A DNA stretch of 64,000 bases, taken from Strigamia acuminata. Lineage: Eukaryota. Shown here piece after piece: positions 36,101 to 50,500 of this stretch (position 1 is its first letter; every line of letters starts with the position of its first letter). The stretch is taken from contig OX442314.1 of assembly GCA_949358305.1 (NCBI GenBank), positions 18,972,001 through 19,036,000 on the forward strand, read 5' to 3'. The notes below the pieces were generated by a model. The model was not told the origin of the DNA and made no database searches. It worked only from the letters and a program-made list of their open reading frames with translations. The position numbers and the translations under genes are program-made.

Positions 36101-39100
36101 ACATGAATACAAACCAAACTCAATTGCAAACAAACACAAATCTCTTACGTGTGCATGGCATCGATTTCGGATCCTTGGGAGAACGGTAATAACCTTCCTC
36201 GCATCGACATTCAACAGACCCCGAATACGGCGCATTGCTATGATCTGGACACGGCTGACATTTTTCATCCCCCACTGTGTATTTGAATTTTCCAAGCGGA
36301 CAAACTGCAAAATACAAACAAATCCATACGCATAAGATATGTATAAGAAAAGGAAAAGAAAACAAAAAAATGAAAACAAAAGACAAAAAAATCTGTATAA
36401 ATATTTAATAGCTCAAAATAAATGTCTATTTCATGACGCAGGACCGGTAAGTCCATTAAATGCTAAAAACAAAAGGACGGAAACACATTAGATAACAAGT
36501 TATGGACAGACATGACAGGAGGGGAAAGTAAAAGATTAATGCACTTTTGATGAGAAAAAAAGCAGTGCAGCATTGCTACGACAGTTACAAATGAACAGTA
36601 CTATTAAAAGAAAATATTATAAGTGATAATCAAGAGTTTAAAACTCATTTATTTGTCGCTGAAATCGGTCCCTCTCAACGCAAAAGGATTGCCTTTGAGT
36701 CGAGGCATTATCCGATCACAGTTGGGCCCGGTGAAGGAAAAAAGGCGCGCGCCACCCTTTAAGGTCTCGATAAAATCCCAAAAGGAAGTTATAAATGTTG
36801 TGTAACAGCTAGAGGGAGTCTTGAGAAAGAAGAATAGCTCTTCAGTCTGCAATATCGTCACTCAGATCAAGAGTATCGTGTTCGGCTTTTCACTGTTGCC
36901 ATATTTCTCTTCTCTCGCGCAGGAAGGAGCCGCCAAAAGGCAGTTTCCTATTTTCTTCACGTGATCCCGGTCTTTAGCGTAACGGAATAAAAGAAAAGAA
37001 AAGAGCCACCAGTCGAAAAGAACGAGGAAGGCTTGACAAATACCTCTTGTTATTGTAATGAAAATTCGTCACGAGCATAAAATTAACGTTGTAAACCGAG
37101 CTAATGTCACTATTTAATGATCCAAAACTAATTATTCAACCAACGGATACCATTTCATAATCAAATATCAATATTCTCTCCCCTCTTCTTTTCAAATTGG
37201 CAGCTGTAGAAGCATGTTATTAATTAAATTGATTACTCATTTCTTTTATTTCTATTTTCGCCAACATATTTGTTTACCTAACCTTTAAAGCGCGTAAAAA
37301 TTGTGTTAAAACGTTTTAATTGAAGCGATGTTGCTGTTTGAGTATGTTACCTCTGTTAAGTTGTTTCTTAGTTCAACCATGCACATTTAATGTGCTTGCA
37401 AAGTCAAAATTTATTAAATGAAGTGTAAGTTCAACTTAAAGGGCTAGTGAAATGGTTGCAACAAAATTCCAATTATTTTTTAACGTATAAAAATAATACA
37501 AATATAAAAAACAAAAAAAAAACCAAAACGATCACTAAATTTAGTTACGGCGCATCATCATTCGGTAATTCATAAAACCGAATATCCATCAGAATAATTA
37601 AATTTAAGCTTGGCTCGTGCGATTAAAGCAATTATTATAAATTCTCCGATTTTGATCGCAGTATTCTTCCGAATAAATAACAAATACAAAGTTAGCGAGA
37701 GTGATGTCGGCATACCGTTCCAATAAATTTACCTTTCACCCGACCAACTTCCTTGTCTTAGAAAGCTTCATTACTCAAAAAACTCGTGATTAAAACCCGT
37801 CCGGACAACTAGGCGTAATGTACGCAACACTGATCACTTTATTACTTTATTATTAATGAATTTTGGGTGGAGACTGTGCCACTTATCAAGAATCTCTCAT
37901 TAAAATTGCAAGATGAGGGGAGAGGACCCACATACATCACAGAATTTCCTCATTAAAAGCAGCTACAAAATTAAAGCCAAAGCAAACACTAGCTTGCACT
38001 ATATCTTGCCAGAATTTCTCTCCCCTTATCTCCCCACAAGGTGAAAGAGGCTCCGACTAAACTAAATAACACCTAAATTTGCATTAATTATGAAAGTGGA
38101 AAATTGTGTCGCACTTATTGTGAGAGTGGACGGGCACTGCTAGGATTTTGGGGTTATCCTAACACAGCTAGGCACACGACACGTAAACGGAAATGACATT
38201 ACACATTTTGGAGGTTTAACGGCCTTTATTGCGGCGGAGTTGCGCCATAACGGGCCATTGGTCAGCCCCGTGACTGTTAGGGCTACTAAACGGTCACAAT
38301 TTGATATTAAAAAAAAAATATCTTCTTTTGTTTCTCCATCCTTTTATCGATTTCGAAGCAGCGAAAAAATATTTTCAACGAGACAAATTGTAAAATTTAA
38401 AAATTAATGTTAAAATTCCCAGTTGTCCGAGAAACTCATCTCCGGCATGTAAATAAGTCAAATGCAGACTTTATTGAACGTCACCATGTTAAACCAACGG
38501 GGAGAAAAATAGCGAGGAATAAAAGAGCGAAGAACAGTGGTTTAATGAAAAATTCTTCTTACCTTCACAAGACTGCCTTTCAATATTCGCTTCGTAACCA
38601 GCCATGCATTTGCATCCACCGCTAAGTAAATACCAACTGCCGTCTCCTTTACACAAAAACTTCGGCGTTTCTGCTTGGGCGGCGTTCGTAACACATTGTC
38701 CTTTGGCCTGTTCTATGGAAGTCACTTCACGACCCGTAGGTGTCTCCGGGAAGTAGGCAAAGCTGGTGGTAACATTTGGGCATGTAATGTAATACACACG
38801 AATGGCAAGAAGGGAAATGCAAGCTCCTTGGTCGCGAAATGCAAAGTAAATGCCTTTTTTAGTGACCGGAACCGATCGAACTTCAGTATTAATGATTATC
38901 TGCGTAAAAAAAATCAATTAACGTGGTAAATATCAACCAACTATAAATATTTACCTGAGTATTGGACGTAAAGCGGCCTTCGTCGGCCGCAATTCGGTCG
39001 ATAAGCTTGTACGATTCGGGTTCCCAAGGCGGGGGCTCCTTAGTGGCAGCATCGAATTCGTAGTAAAGCAAACTAAAAGTCTCTTTGCAAGATAATGCCG

Positions 39101-40827
39101 TTCCGGGAAAGAGGGAACAATCCCTCATGCTAAATTTCACTTCGATGTATATCCGATTGGCTTCTCCCCTTTCGATGAAGGGCGTCCAAAGCCAATTGTT
39201 TACCGTATCAAATGCCACATCGCAAGCGACGTACGATCGCCAATTAATTCCTTTGTCAAACTCCGTAAAGCTTTCTTCCACCCACTGCAAAAAACAAAAC
39301 AAATTCCGTTAGCCACGACGCGGCAATCATCCTTCCTTATCTTCATCTAGAACGACAACGGTAATGTAAGCATAAATTTCACCGGTATACAAATTCGCTT
39401 TCCCTCGCCGCGTATCTCTTCCTTCCGCTTTCCTCCCCACTTCCACCGTTTCAACCCTTAAGAAAATGAAACCATCGCTTTCGCTTGACATATGCTCGCT
39501 TAAAATAGCGAGCAAAGAAGTCAGTTTGATATCCGTGTCATTCTCACGCAAAACCCGACACTCGCCTAATGGGTTTGCCACTCAAGAAAATTCAACATGA
39601 CACTCGAATTATTCCACGCACAGCAAAAAACACAAACCAACTTCAAAGAAAAAGCCAGTGCTAATTAAAGCCAGACGACGAATGCGTGTCGAGCGATAAG
39701 CGATAATTTCAGAAATGGTAAAAAAACCGACAGAAAAAAAGAGAGGGCACACATACAAATAATTGAGTGAGTGTCAGATCGATGACAGCTCGTCAAAATG
39801 TAGTCTGCTTTTAAATCAACGTCAGTTGTTCGTTTCGATTTCATCGCGCTTTTTATCAACGGCTTGTTTGCAATAATACTCGTGAATATTCCTCGCGGCC
39901 GTTATTCGACACGTTCGTGTTTCGATTTCGTCCAACCACTTCTATTTTACGACGACTAAAACCGTCCGATAAGCCCTTGACTTATATTCGATGGGAACTG
40001 GAGACCCAAATCTCCTCCTCCACTGTTATCTAAAATGGCGCCGCCCCTTCTCCATTGCTGACATATCAATTCCTCGTCAGAACAGACAAGAAATTCGCAC
40101 CACCGTACGATACATGACTATGCATTAAACTTATCACCGAATAACATCGGTTCGGAGGAAATAATTCAAATTTCACTTATTGCTAAGGATGCACTCGTAA
40201 GAAGACCATCGATCAACGAGGGTTCGTATTTATCTTCTTGTGCACGTGCAAGTCTGCAATTGCACCGTGTAAATCCAAGTCAAATATAAACTGACTCGTG
40301 TTATAGTGTCCAATTTGTGTCGCAACTTCAGCTAGATGGGACAATCAAAGTGCAAGTTTAAAGCACTTAATAAACAAGATAGTTATTAGTGCTTGTTTGT
40401 ATGCTTCTCCATGTTTATGCTAATATCCTATTACTATAATTGCCGTTGTTTTAACTGTTACAGCATTAGATTTATCGTGTTGCAGTAGCTTTTTAGAACG
40501 ACCCGTTTAATCCTCTTATTACTATTTCCAGTTACATTCTAATTTAACTCGTAACTGTGCAATTTAAAACGAGGATGCAACGATAAAAATCCAAAAGAAT
40601 GAAAAATTACTCTCCTATTTTTGACACAATTTAAACTGAATAATATTTAATAAATTCGATACAAATAAATGTTTTTTGCCTGCAGTAGAAGCGAAGAAAA
40701 AAATAAATTCAGTCTACAAGCAACAACAAGCACTTTCATCATACATAATTGGTTTCCTTACCCATCGATGATTTATCGTGCTTCAATTTAAAAAATCAAG
40801 TGCAATCTATCATTAACATTTCCACCC

Positions 40828-40859
<32 letters not shown>

Positions 40860-41550
40860 ACCAATTCCATTCCATACCATCCTCGTCGCAAACTTCCTAC
40901 TCCTATACCATTAACTTTTATTTACCACTGCAGCTGGACCAACAACCACTTACAATAAATTTGAAGTTGTATCTATGTTTTGCTCTTAAGATGCCTACAA
41001 TAGCGGGCCCATCTCCCCATTTTCTTTCAGCATATGACATGTGTATCTGGGCCTATTTAATCATCTATCTTCCATTTCCCATTTCTCGGACATTCCTAAC
41101 GTCTAACTTTTTTATGAACACTCCATAATATACTCTCGTATATGACATATAAACTTGAAAATTGTGGGGACCCCAGCCAAAGATGAAGAGACAAGCTAAA
41201 GGAGAGTGGATGAATCGTCTACGGTTGTCATGGTAACGCCATCTGATGGCAGTGATGGATACGAGATCGCGTTCCAAGATACATCGAACCTCCCCTTCCA
41301 CTGCCCCTTTGCTCCAAAAGAGGCAATCTTATTGAAGAACACAAAAGTTGGGACGCAGAGAACATGGCAACTGGCCAAATTAAAACTTAAGGGAGACAGA
41401 TGGCTGGAAAGGACGTTTTCAATTTCCTACAAATACTTTTAATAAAGTTTTAAAAAATATGACGACTTACTCCTTGTGTTAGTGCTTGAGGTCCGTAGGG
41501 GTATCTGGTCCATTCCAATGAAGCTTCTTGCGTGGTGTCCAATAATACAA
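33118..41550 (-). CDS. Eph: Ephrin receptor tyrosine kinase (ligand-binding, Cys-rich, 2x FN3, TM, kinase, SAM, PDZ-binding GFLV); signal-peptide exon not found in the window
   Basis: Exon 41550-41471 [32 protein letters not shown]...[131 protein letters not shown] domain; ends SEGFLV*. Confidence 0.97.
34849..34866 (-). CDS. 18-nt juxtamembrane microexon of Eph (GLIVTY)
   Basis: CGCAG|GATTGATTGTTACCTACA|GTAAGT; symmetric phase 1 between EYRNGE and TTPLF. Confidence 0.65.
40828..40857. repeat. (CTTT)n microsatellite
   Basis: Direct reading of the sequence. Confidence 0.85.
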
Positions 41551-44500
41551 CTGAAACAAACAAACAAACAAACACATAAATTAATTTTATTTTTTATTTT
41601 TGATAAATAACATGTGTGGAAATGTGCAACGGTGTGAAAATCCCCCCCAACCAATTCCCATTTCTCAGTATTGCACTTGTGTAAGTAGCAAATTTGATGA
41701 AAAAAAAACACAATTGTTACCTACTCGCCTTTGGCAGCCACGTTTATTTTGTTGCATTTACCTGAGATTACATCTTGTGACATCTCCTGCTGTGTCTCTC
41801 ACCCACTCCCATTGCCACTGGAGGGCTCTGTTTACGAGGCACAATTCTAACTGCTGTCAAGATTCCAAGTTGAGAAAAATGTTGAAGAGCAAAAACCGGT
41901 TTGCGATTTGCAAAGGGGAGAAAAAAAACGAAGAAAAATGTACACCTGGTGGCTACGAATTGCATCCTTAGCACAGTACCAACATTCGGTGCATCAAAAC
42001 AACGTTTCGCACATTCAGCGAGGATAACTTTTTATTTTATTTTATATTTTATATATAAATGTATAGAAAATAAAAGTGTGTTTTGCGAAGAAGAATTCCC
42101 AAGTGACCTCGATTCTGTGCAGGTGTAAACAAAATTCCATTCTCGCGCCTCAGCCATTGTGAAAATGGAGATGTGCGTGTAATTGGAATCCGTCCATCAT
42201 TACAAGTCATTACCACGTGGGTTTACATTTGACTATTTATTGAGCAACGGATACCAGACACTCTTGTTAGTGCCCAGCCCCCAACTGCAAACTCCTTTGT
42301 ACGTCTTTCAGCTTGAGTGTCAACTTGTCAAGAGAGGGACTTTTTTCTGTCACAATGGACAAAAGACGAATTCAAAATGGCTGATTTCAAATGAATTGCA
42401 ACGGGATCAAAATGAAAAACGAGAAGAAAATAACCAAAATCGACAAAAAAAAAACCCACATGCCATTCCATAAAAAAAATAATAATAATTTAGAAAAAAT
42501 TGATAAAAATCAACATTGTGTTGATTCAACAATCGTACAAAATCTCATCAAATTAATTTTTACACCACAAGATGATTACGCTTTAATCCTCTTACACCAA
42601 CTCTTACAAGTATTAAAATATGAAACCTTAAAAAATCTCCCAAAAAATGAAAAAAGAAAATAAAAAAACTAAACACTTTCTCCCTTTGTGCTCAGCTGAA
42701 GATTTCGCGACTCACATCCTGTCATTACGATAAAAAGGTTTCCCAAAGCTGGCCCCGCCATCCGTCATTTACAGCAATGTACAGCGTTTCTATCATGGCG
42801 CCAACAACTTACCAAAAAAAAAAGTATGGAATTTGATCATTAACTGAGGTCCATGGATTTCTTAAAGGTTAAATTGTTGCAACTTAAAAAATAAACACCA
42901 CGTTCCAAAAGAACTTTAAAACGTTTCCTTTCTTTCACCAATTTTTTATCCTCCATATTGAATTCTAACAATAATCCCTTGAAAGAAAATATATACAAAA
43001 AAAAGCGCTAAATTCCATTAGCATAAGAAGCTTTAAAAGAAGAAAAGAAATCAATTGCAAAAAAACTTCCACCGAATTCCCTTTCAAAAAAAAGAGGAAA
43101 AAAAAACACAATAATCTGATTGTACAGTCAAATAATAAAAACAGAGCAAAGTGTGAAAAAAGGCAGCCATATTGATCAAAGCGAGAAGAGGAAAGAGAGA
43201 AACATTTAATGGAATTTAAGTCGCCTCCCCATAGTTGCAGTCAATATAATGATTTTTCCCTCCCCCTCTCTCCCTTATACTTGCATACTATGCATTATGC
43301 ATTATCAATGCAATCATGAGTGGGAATTGACCTTAAACTCTGATAAATCTCTCCATCTATTGTGGTTGCATCAAGCGTCGGAATATTGATCTTCGATTGT
43401 TACAAGGTGTTTCAATTCCATAACATCTGTTACACTTAACTGTGACAAAAAAAAGAGAAATTGCTAATTTTGCATTAAATCAATACGACTTGTTTATCAT
43501 ATGGTATTGAACAAAAGTGTAGCGAACAAATATTTTTATAGCCTTTTTCAACTATATAATGCAAATAAAATTGGCTAATTCTTCATCCGCAGTCTTTTAT
43601 CGACGTTCTAGTTTACTTTCGTTGGAATTTCTAAACAAACCAATCCTGCTCAGACAAATTAGTAATTCCAGTCTGCTTGCGGTTCCCTGGTAAGATTATA
43701 AAGACCTCCTGCTTAACCACCCCCGTTGTGCTAAATAAATTTCAAAAGACAATTCAGTAAATTTTAAAAGCCCACAGTTGAAGGGTGGCGGATTTATTTT
43801 TCAGGAAAAAGTAATGTACAGTGCACACACAAAACGTGATGTCATTTCACGTTTCTACCCATTCACTTATCGGTTGTGGCATTTCCTTTTAATTGTGTTA
43901 AACTCTTTTCTTAACCTAAACCAGCATTATTTGACCCTATTATTTCCGTTCGCTGATGAAGTAAGGCAGTTCCATCCTTGACAATTGACCCCTGTTAATG
44001 TTTACACATTAAAGTTGAATGTTGGAATTAACGTAACGCTCCAATTTCAAATTCATAAATAAATAAACAAGCAACTATCAGCAACTGCAGGCGAAATACA
44101 ATAAACTAAGAAGAGAAACAAACCAAACTTGTGATGAAGAGTAAACCTTGAGTAAACTAACCCCAATTGAACTGTAAAACAAACAATGCCCATCTATGTA
44201 GTTCTTTCGAAAGACCACGTGAATGAGATAAGATCTAAGCTGACAGTGGCCACATTGATTCTTGTCTTCATCAACTTCTTGTGATCAAGTCGGCTGAATG
44301 GGGCCCTGACTTCTCTGTTATCTTGACGTCCGACTTCATTTCATTAAGGAAGAGGCCAATGGAATAGGAAACGAATGAAAAGTTGTCGTCTCAAAGAATA
44401 AGAAAAAAAAATCGGTTTAGAGTGATTACGTTGCCCGTTATGTACATTTTTCCGGTTATGTATATTTTATAATTTGAAACTGCAATATTAATGCTGCAAA

Positions 44501-47500
44501 ATGGTTTGTCGACGTTTCGGTAAAACCGATACAATTCCAAATCCATTGCTTATTCATGGACATTAGGCTTATTTTTCACATCCTTCTGTCGATCTATTTA
44601 AAGCAGAATTTTGAAATTTTGCGTATGGGGCTTTATTTTAGCCGTCGCAGGAAATGTGTTCCGGATTTCAAAGATTAGGCCTAACGTGAATTATAAGTGA
44701 ATGAAATACCGTTAAATAAAAAATAATATAGAAAAAAGAACTTTGTTCGGATAAGCACACCATGTTGCGCGTTGCGTGTAGGTCGTTCAAATAAATAAAT
44801 TTGCGTGCTGAAAAGTCAATAAACATTTTTAATTTTCATAGTTATGCAATTTCGTTAATTGCATTAGAATAAAATTGTAATAAAACGAAAAAAGGTAAAA
44901 ACCCAAAGTAAAAAAATTAATGAAATGTACAAACACCGAATAAAAAATAATAATTACTGCGCACCTACACTTACAACTATTTTATTTTATTTTATAGCCC
45001 TTTTTATTTGCTCGAACAACAAATCTAGAAATTAAAATCGAGTCTTCACATTTCATTAATTCTTGTTTTGATTACAAAAGTGACAGCGATGAATTCAATT
45101 ATCCGTAGCAGTTTTCCATTCATCATGCATCAAAGAGATGAGTAACATTTTCATTACACTTCTGATATTTCGATATCACAAACTCAATGGGATTTAACCG
45201 AGTGGAAAGTGAGCATCATCAACATCATCCATTGCAAATGACACATTTTACTACTGAATTCCATCTGATCGCAATCTCTCGTATTGATGCAAACTCAAGT
45301 GTGAAATACACCGACAACTTAGCGTTGCCATAGCCACAGTCTCTTGGCAACGCCATCTCAAAGGAAATTAAAATACAGATTGCGACTGTTTCTAGCCTCC
45401 ATCTTCAGGTGCAATATGAGAAAATGGAACATTCGCAAACGTTCAATATGATAATACAAAAATTCTCCAAAAAATATTCTATATAGCGGGTATTAATAAA
45501 AAAAAACCACAAATATAATTTCTTACTAAAATACCATTGAATTAACAAATTTAAAAAAAAAAATTCATAATTTCAGTTTTGCTTTATATTTAAATCCCTC
45601 ATCAAGATTGAGGCTCAAAATGTCATTAAACGCCAACTAAATATCAACCGACTTCATTTTAATTCCTTAAACTGCCCACTTATTATGCAAATTGGCAATT
45701 CTTTGTCCACTATTTCTGCGACTGAGTCATCAAAGAGTGAAAGGGAACGCATAATCGTTGTTAAATGTGTGAATGAGCAACCATTTTTAGACACACTTTA
45801 TGAATGTGTCATTTTAAAGGCGGTAGCTGAACAAATACAAATACCAAACAACTATTTTTAAATTTTTTTTTTATAAAATCTTTTTTTTATATATCTAATT
45901 TATAACAAGCTAATGTCTGCTTCTCATTATAATTGAGATAAAAAAAAATCCCCTTTTTCTTTTTACGCATTCCTTTCTTTGACTTTTTATTACTGAATCC
46001 ACATGGACATGTTTGGAATACTCTAAAAGCGCAAATCAATATTTTTCGCAATCCACCACACAACTTTAATTTGCATCCAACTTGTGTTAAGGGGTGTCTC
46101 AATTTGATATGAGGTTTCCCTCAAATTCGCACCACAACTTATTCACAACGTTTAATTTCCTACACTATACAAAATCTTAATGGATGAACCATAAATAGCC
46201 AAAAGTTCAATTACGTTCTATTTAATCATTTCATTTAAAATCACGCACAACTATATATGGAGAAAAAAAATTAATCAACGGCTCAGGTACGTGTAAACTA
46301 ATTTTATAATTTGATTACATCACATTTCCAATTTTAAAAAGCCGAAGAAAAAAAAATAGGGGAAAATTTATAGGAAGAGAAAAAAATATTCCCACTAGTC
46401 TGACAAGCATAGAGAATGAAAATTTAAAACCTTCAGCCATTTTCTTTTGTCCAATGACTGGGCACATTCATCACCTGCTAGGAAATTACCACTATCACCT
46501 TATCTTGGCCCAAAAACGCCAGACTATGAAGTCGGGGAAAAAACCATTTCAGGAGGTAACAATTTTTGCATTCCAATATTTTATTCTCGTAAAGTGCATT
46601 GCATTTGCAAAATCGTTTTACACATTCCATGTTTCCAGCAGAGGGACCCTATAGAGCTTGAATTACGTATTCAACGTAAACAAAAAATTTATTATTGTTA
46701 GTACCCCACTAAAGTGGAATGCGGTGCATTACTGAAACAACATGCAAGACGCGAGCAAATTTTCAAAAATTAAATAAAACCAGTTTTTTTTTCTTTCCCT
46801 CTTTTATTTCAGACCAAACTTTTAGAATTTACTCATCATTTAGTGAATGTGATCATTAAAATAGTAAACAAAAGAGAAAAAAAAATTTTCTCTTTTCAAT
46901 CAGCGCATATTGTTAATGCGAAATTAATGTTTCAAAGAAAGTTTCTTAAAAAAAAAAAAAAAAAAAAACAATTTTCAACTTCTCACACATGTGAAAAACA
47001 TCTGAAAACAACAATAACAAATGATGTTTTAAACCCTTGCCTTTTCGCGGTTCCGGTTTCGCACAAAGAACTCATTCAAATACCTCATTATATGTCCATC
47101 AGGTCATCCTGTCTGAAGTAAAATGCCACTGATGATGATGGACAATGAATATGACAAGATCCTTATAATCTCATTACTTTTGCCTCCAAAACTTACCATT
47201 CAACTTTTCAACCCTTGTGGTCCACAAAGTAATTTTTTATCCCCTCCCACTTGCCACACAATTTTTTTTTTCAAATATTTTTTAACAAATAGGACACGGG
47301 CTGCTTTACAATTGACTAACGACATTCCCATGTGTAATTGACATCGAAAAAGCCCTCAAGTGTCCATTAAAAAACAAGACCTTCAAAAGAGCTGCAAAAA
47401 AAAAAATCTGCAACACGAAGCGCAGACCTAAGCATTGTGTAATGCTTCAAGCCATTTGTTTTACAAGTGACGGATGCATGCTGTGGAAGTGGACGGCAAG

Positions 47501-50500
47501 AAAAAAGGAGGAGTGTACGAGAAAATTCGAAGGAGTGGTTGTAAGACCCAACAACCACATGTCAAGTTTATTTGGACAATTGAGACATTATCAGTAGTTA
47601 AAAAAAAAACACACAAGATTTTCATCTAATGTTTTTTCCTCCTCTAATATCAGGACTCCAGATACAAGCACCCACTTACACGCGGTGTTCTACAAAATTA
47701 AGACATTCACACTTGTTTCACTTTGTATTTGTGCAACTATTAATTTCAAGATCCTTTGAATGATGTGCAAGTTTATGTCTATAATTACCAAATGTAAACA
47801 AAAAAAGGACAAGTGGGAAAAGCTTTTTTTCCCTTCTTTTTTTTTAGTTGTGTGATGATCATCCTACACCTTGCGTTGAGACATTTCCAAATGATGTCCC
47901 AACTGACATTTTCCTCTGACATTAGACGTTATTACACTATAAGGTTTTACCCACGCGTTTTATGTCTTTTGGACCATTTTATTACCGAGAGACGAAGTGA
48001 AATTGCCAACAGATTTGGATGGAAAAGAATCCCTCCTTTCAAGTTTAATCTCACACATCCCCGAATCAAAAGAAAAAGAAAAAAAAATACCTTCTCTTTT
48101 TAAATTGTTTTATTTTTCCAACAATTTATTGTCGCAGTCAAAAGATGTTGGGTTTTTATCCAAAAAGTGATGCGGGACTCATCACATTTCACTTACGGCT
48201 CTTCAATCCAATCGATTGTTTTTAAACGACTTCCGCCAACCGGAAGCACTTCACAAATCCCCACAGTGAGAAACAGAAACAGCACTTTCATTGATTCTGC
48301 GAATTAACTTCCAAGCTACTAAATATAGAATGTAGGTGCCGTTACCATCTATCACAACCAAACTTTGTTACCGCAACGTAATAAACGCATACTGAATATT
48401 TCATGAGACTGCAATAATTAAAACTTTTGACTAATTTCATAATTACGAAATTATTTTTAAGTAATCACTTGCCCCGTGCATGCACACATGCACTTTCGTG
48501 CGCACTGCCGGGTTTTTAACTCCACCTATCGGCGAGTTAACAAATTAGCGCACCAAAAGTGAAAAAGCAAAAAAGAAAAACAGAAGAAAAAAAAACTTTA
48601 AACCATCCAAGTTGTTGTCTCATAAAAATATATTGGAGCGCACATTTCTTGAGACTAAATCCCAGAAGCAGAGGATCATTTGGAGTTGGGGAAACCTGCA
48701 ATTTGTCAGAACCAACTCGAGTTGGCAAGACCTTCCAATTATGCTCGCACTTGATAAATGGAGGTCACAGATGAGGTAAAACTCGTTTTGCCTTATTCCC
48801 TTGGGTAGAGGCTAAGTTCAAAGAACTTGTTCCAACCAGGTACTTTCTTGTTTTTCTCTGCATTTTTCCACCTCCTCAAGTACCCAACTTGAAGAACCAT
48901 CAACCCCATAAAAAAAAAAAACATAATTGTGCGATACTCAAGACATCAAGTCGAAGACATTTCAAATGATACCTTTTCCCTGCCACTTTTTGTCCCGCGC
49001 CACGATGCCATCTTGAGACAATCACCTGACAAACAAGACAACTTCTTGTCACCTCACCATCTGCTCTTTAAGGCCGAATCAATTGTCAGCCATTTCTTTT
49101 CATTTTTTTCTTTCTTCATCACTTCTTCCAGGTACAAGACCAGACAGTTCCACTCCAACCAGATGGTCGAAACAAACCCAAGGAGGTTGTGAGTGATGGC
49201 CTTAGCCCGAGGACTGGCGAAGAAGAAGTGGGAAGGTTCCTGGCATAAACTGGAATGCAAACCTCATACGAGAATGCCTGCCACATATAAGACATCAGCA
49301 ATACGTTTTGCCGAACGTGAAAAAATTCAGGCGAAAACGAAAACTATCAGTTTATTAATTCAGTAAGCATCACCAGATCCACGTACAAATATAAATATCC
49401 TCGGGTTTAGTCGACACGTAAAAACGAGAAAAATAGCGGAAAAATAAATTAAGAAATGAAATGGAGCTGATCAAAGTTCAAACTTCAAACCCAATTCCGA
49501 GATAGCACACAAATCACGTAGATATGCTAATTATTCAGTAAAACGTGATGCATACTTCTGGCAACCTTGTTTTCCATCATGTATACACACACACACGGTA
49601 TACGCAAACATAACCTTAACAGGTTCTACGTTTCCTCCTTACTGTTACACTGTAATGATAAATAGTGTTGTATTATTTTGACACAGCGAATTATTTATTT
49701 TTGCTTCCTTCATCCTTTTAGATAACACATATAGGTAAAGACCGGGTAATAATTTTGATAGTTGAACGTGATCTGACTCACTCGTTTCCAGGTTAGTGTC
49801 TCTGTTCGGATTGAGGTTAAGTTGCACCTACTATATGATATATTACCCTGATCTCTCATCGTTTTTGTTGCAAAACATAATAAATAATCATATTGATCTA
49901 AATTGAACTTTCATTGCAAATTCCATGAAAAAAAATTTAACTTTAAGAATTTAAAAAATAATAATAAAGTTTTTAGGTTCAAATTTCAATTCAATTTCAG
50001 GATGATATGTTGATATAATCTTCGAGGTTAAAAAAGTGAGGGCGAACTAAAAAAAAAAAATGACCTCCCATGTCGAAAAGAGGAAAATATCGTTTGAAAT
50101 ACAAACTTTCATACCTCCGGTTGATACTATGGTTGATGGCTGAATGTAATCAGAATTTTAAATTTACAGCTTTAGAATGCAAATCATTTAAAAACAGAAA
50201 AGTAGTTTATTTTATAGCTCATGTTTTAATGATTCATCATCATCACCACTCGTGAGGGAGATAGATTTAAATACAACAATAACACTCATACGTTGAGTTC
50301 AGCAATGCGTTTTGTTGAGTCATCGACTTTGCCTAATTCATTCAATTTAGTGAGAAACTCGAAAATTCCAATCGGCATCTATTTTTAACTCAAAGCTATA
50401 AATTAGACTGATGGAAGCTTAAAACAAAACCGTTATGATTAGTTTTAATAAAACATTTCCATTGCGCAATTTAGAAATTTAGCGTTTTGCTGTTTACATC

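Noticed and set aside
42806..42825. T tract followed by GTAAGT on the minus strand, as a second recursive site
   Set aside because: No AG before the GT (TTTG|GTAAGT), so it is not a 3' splice site.
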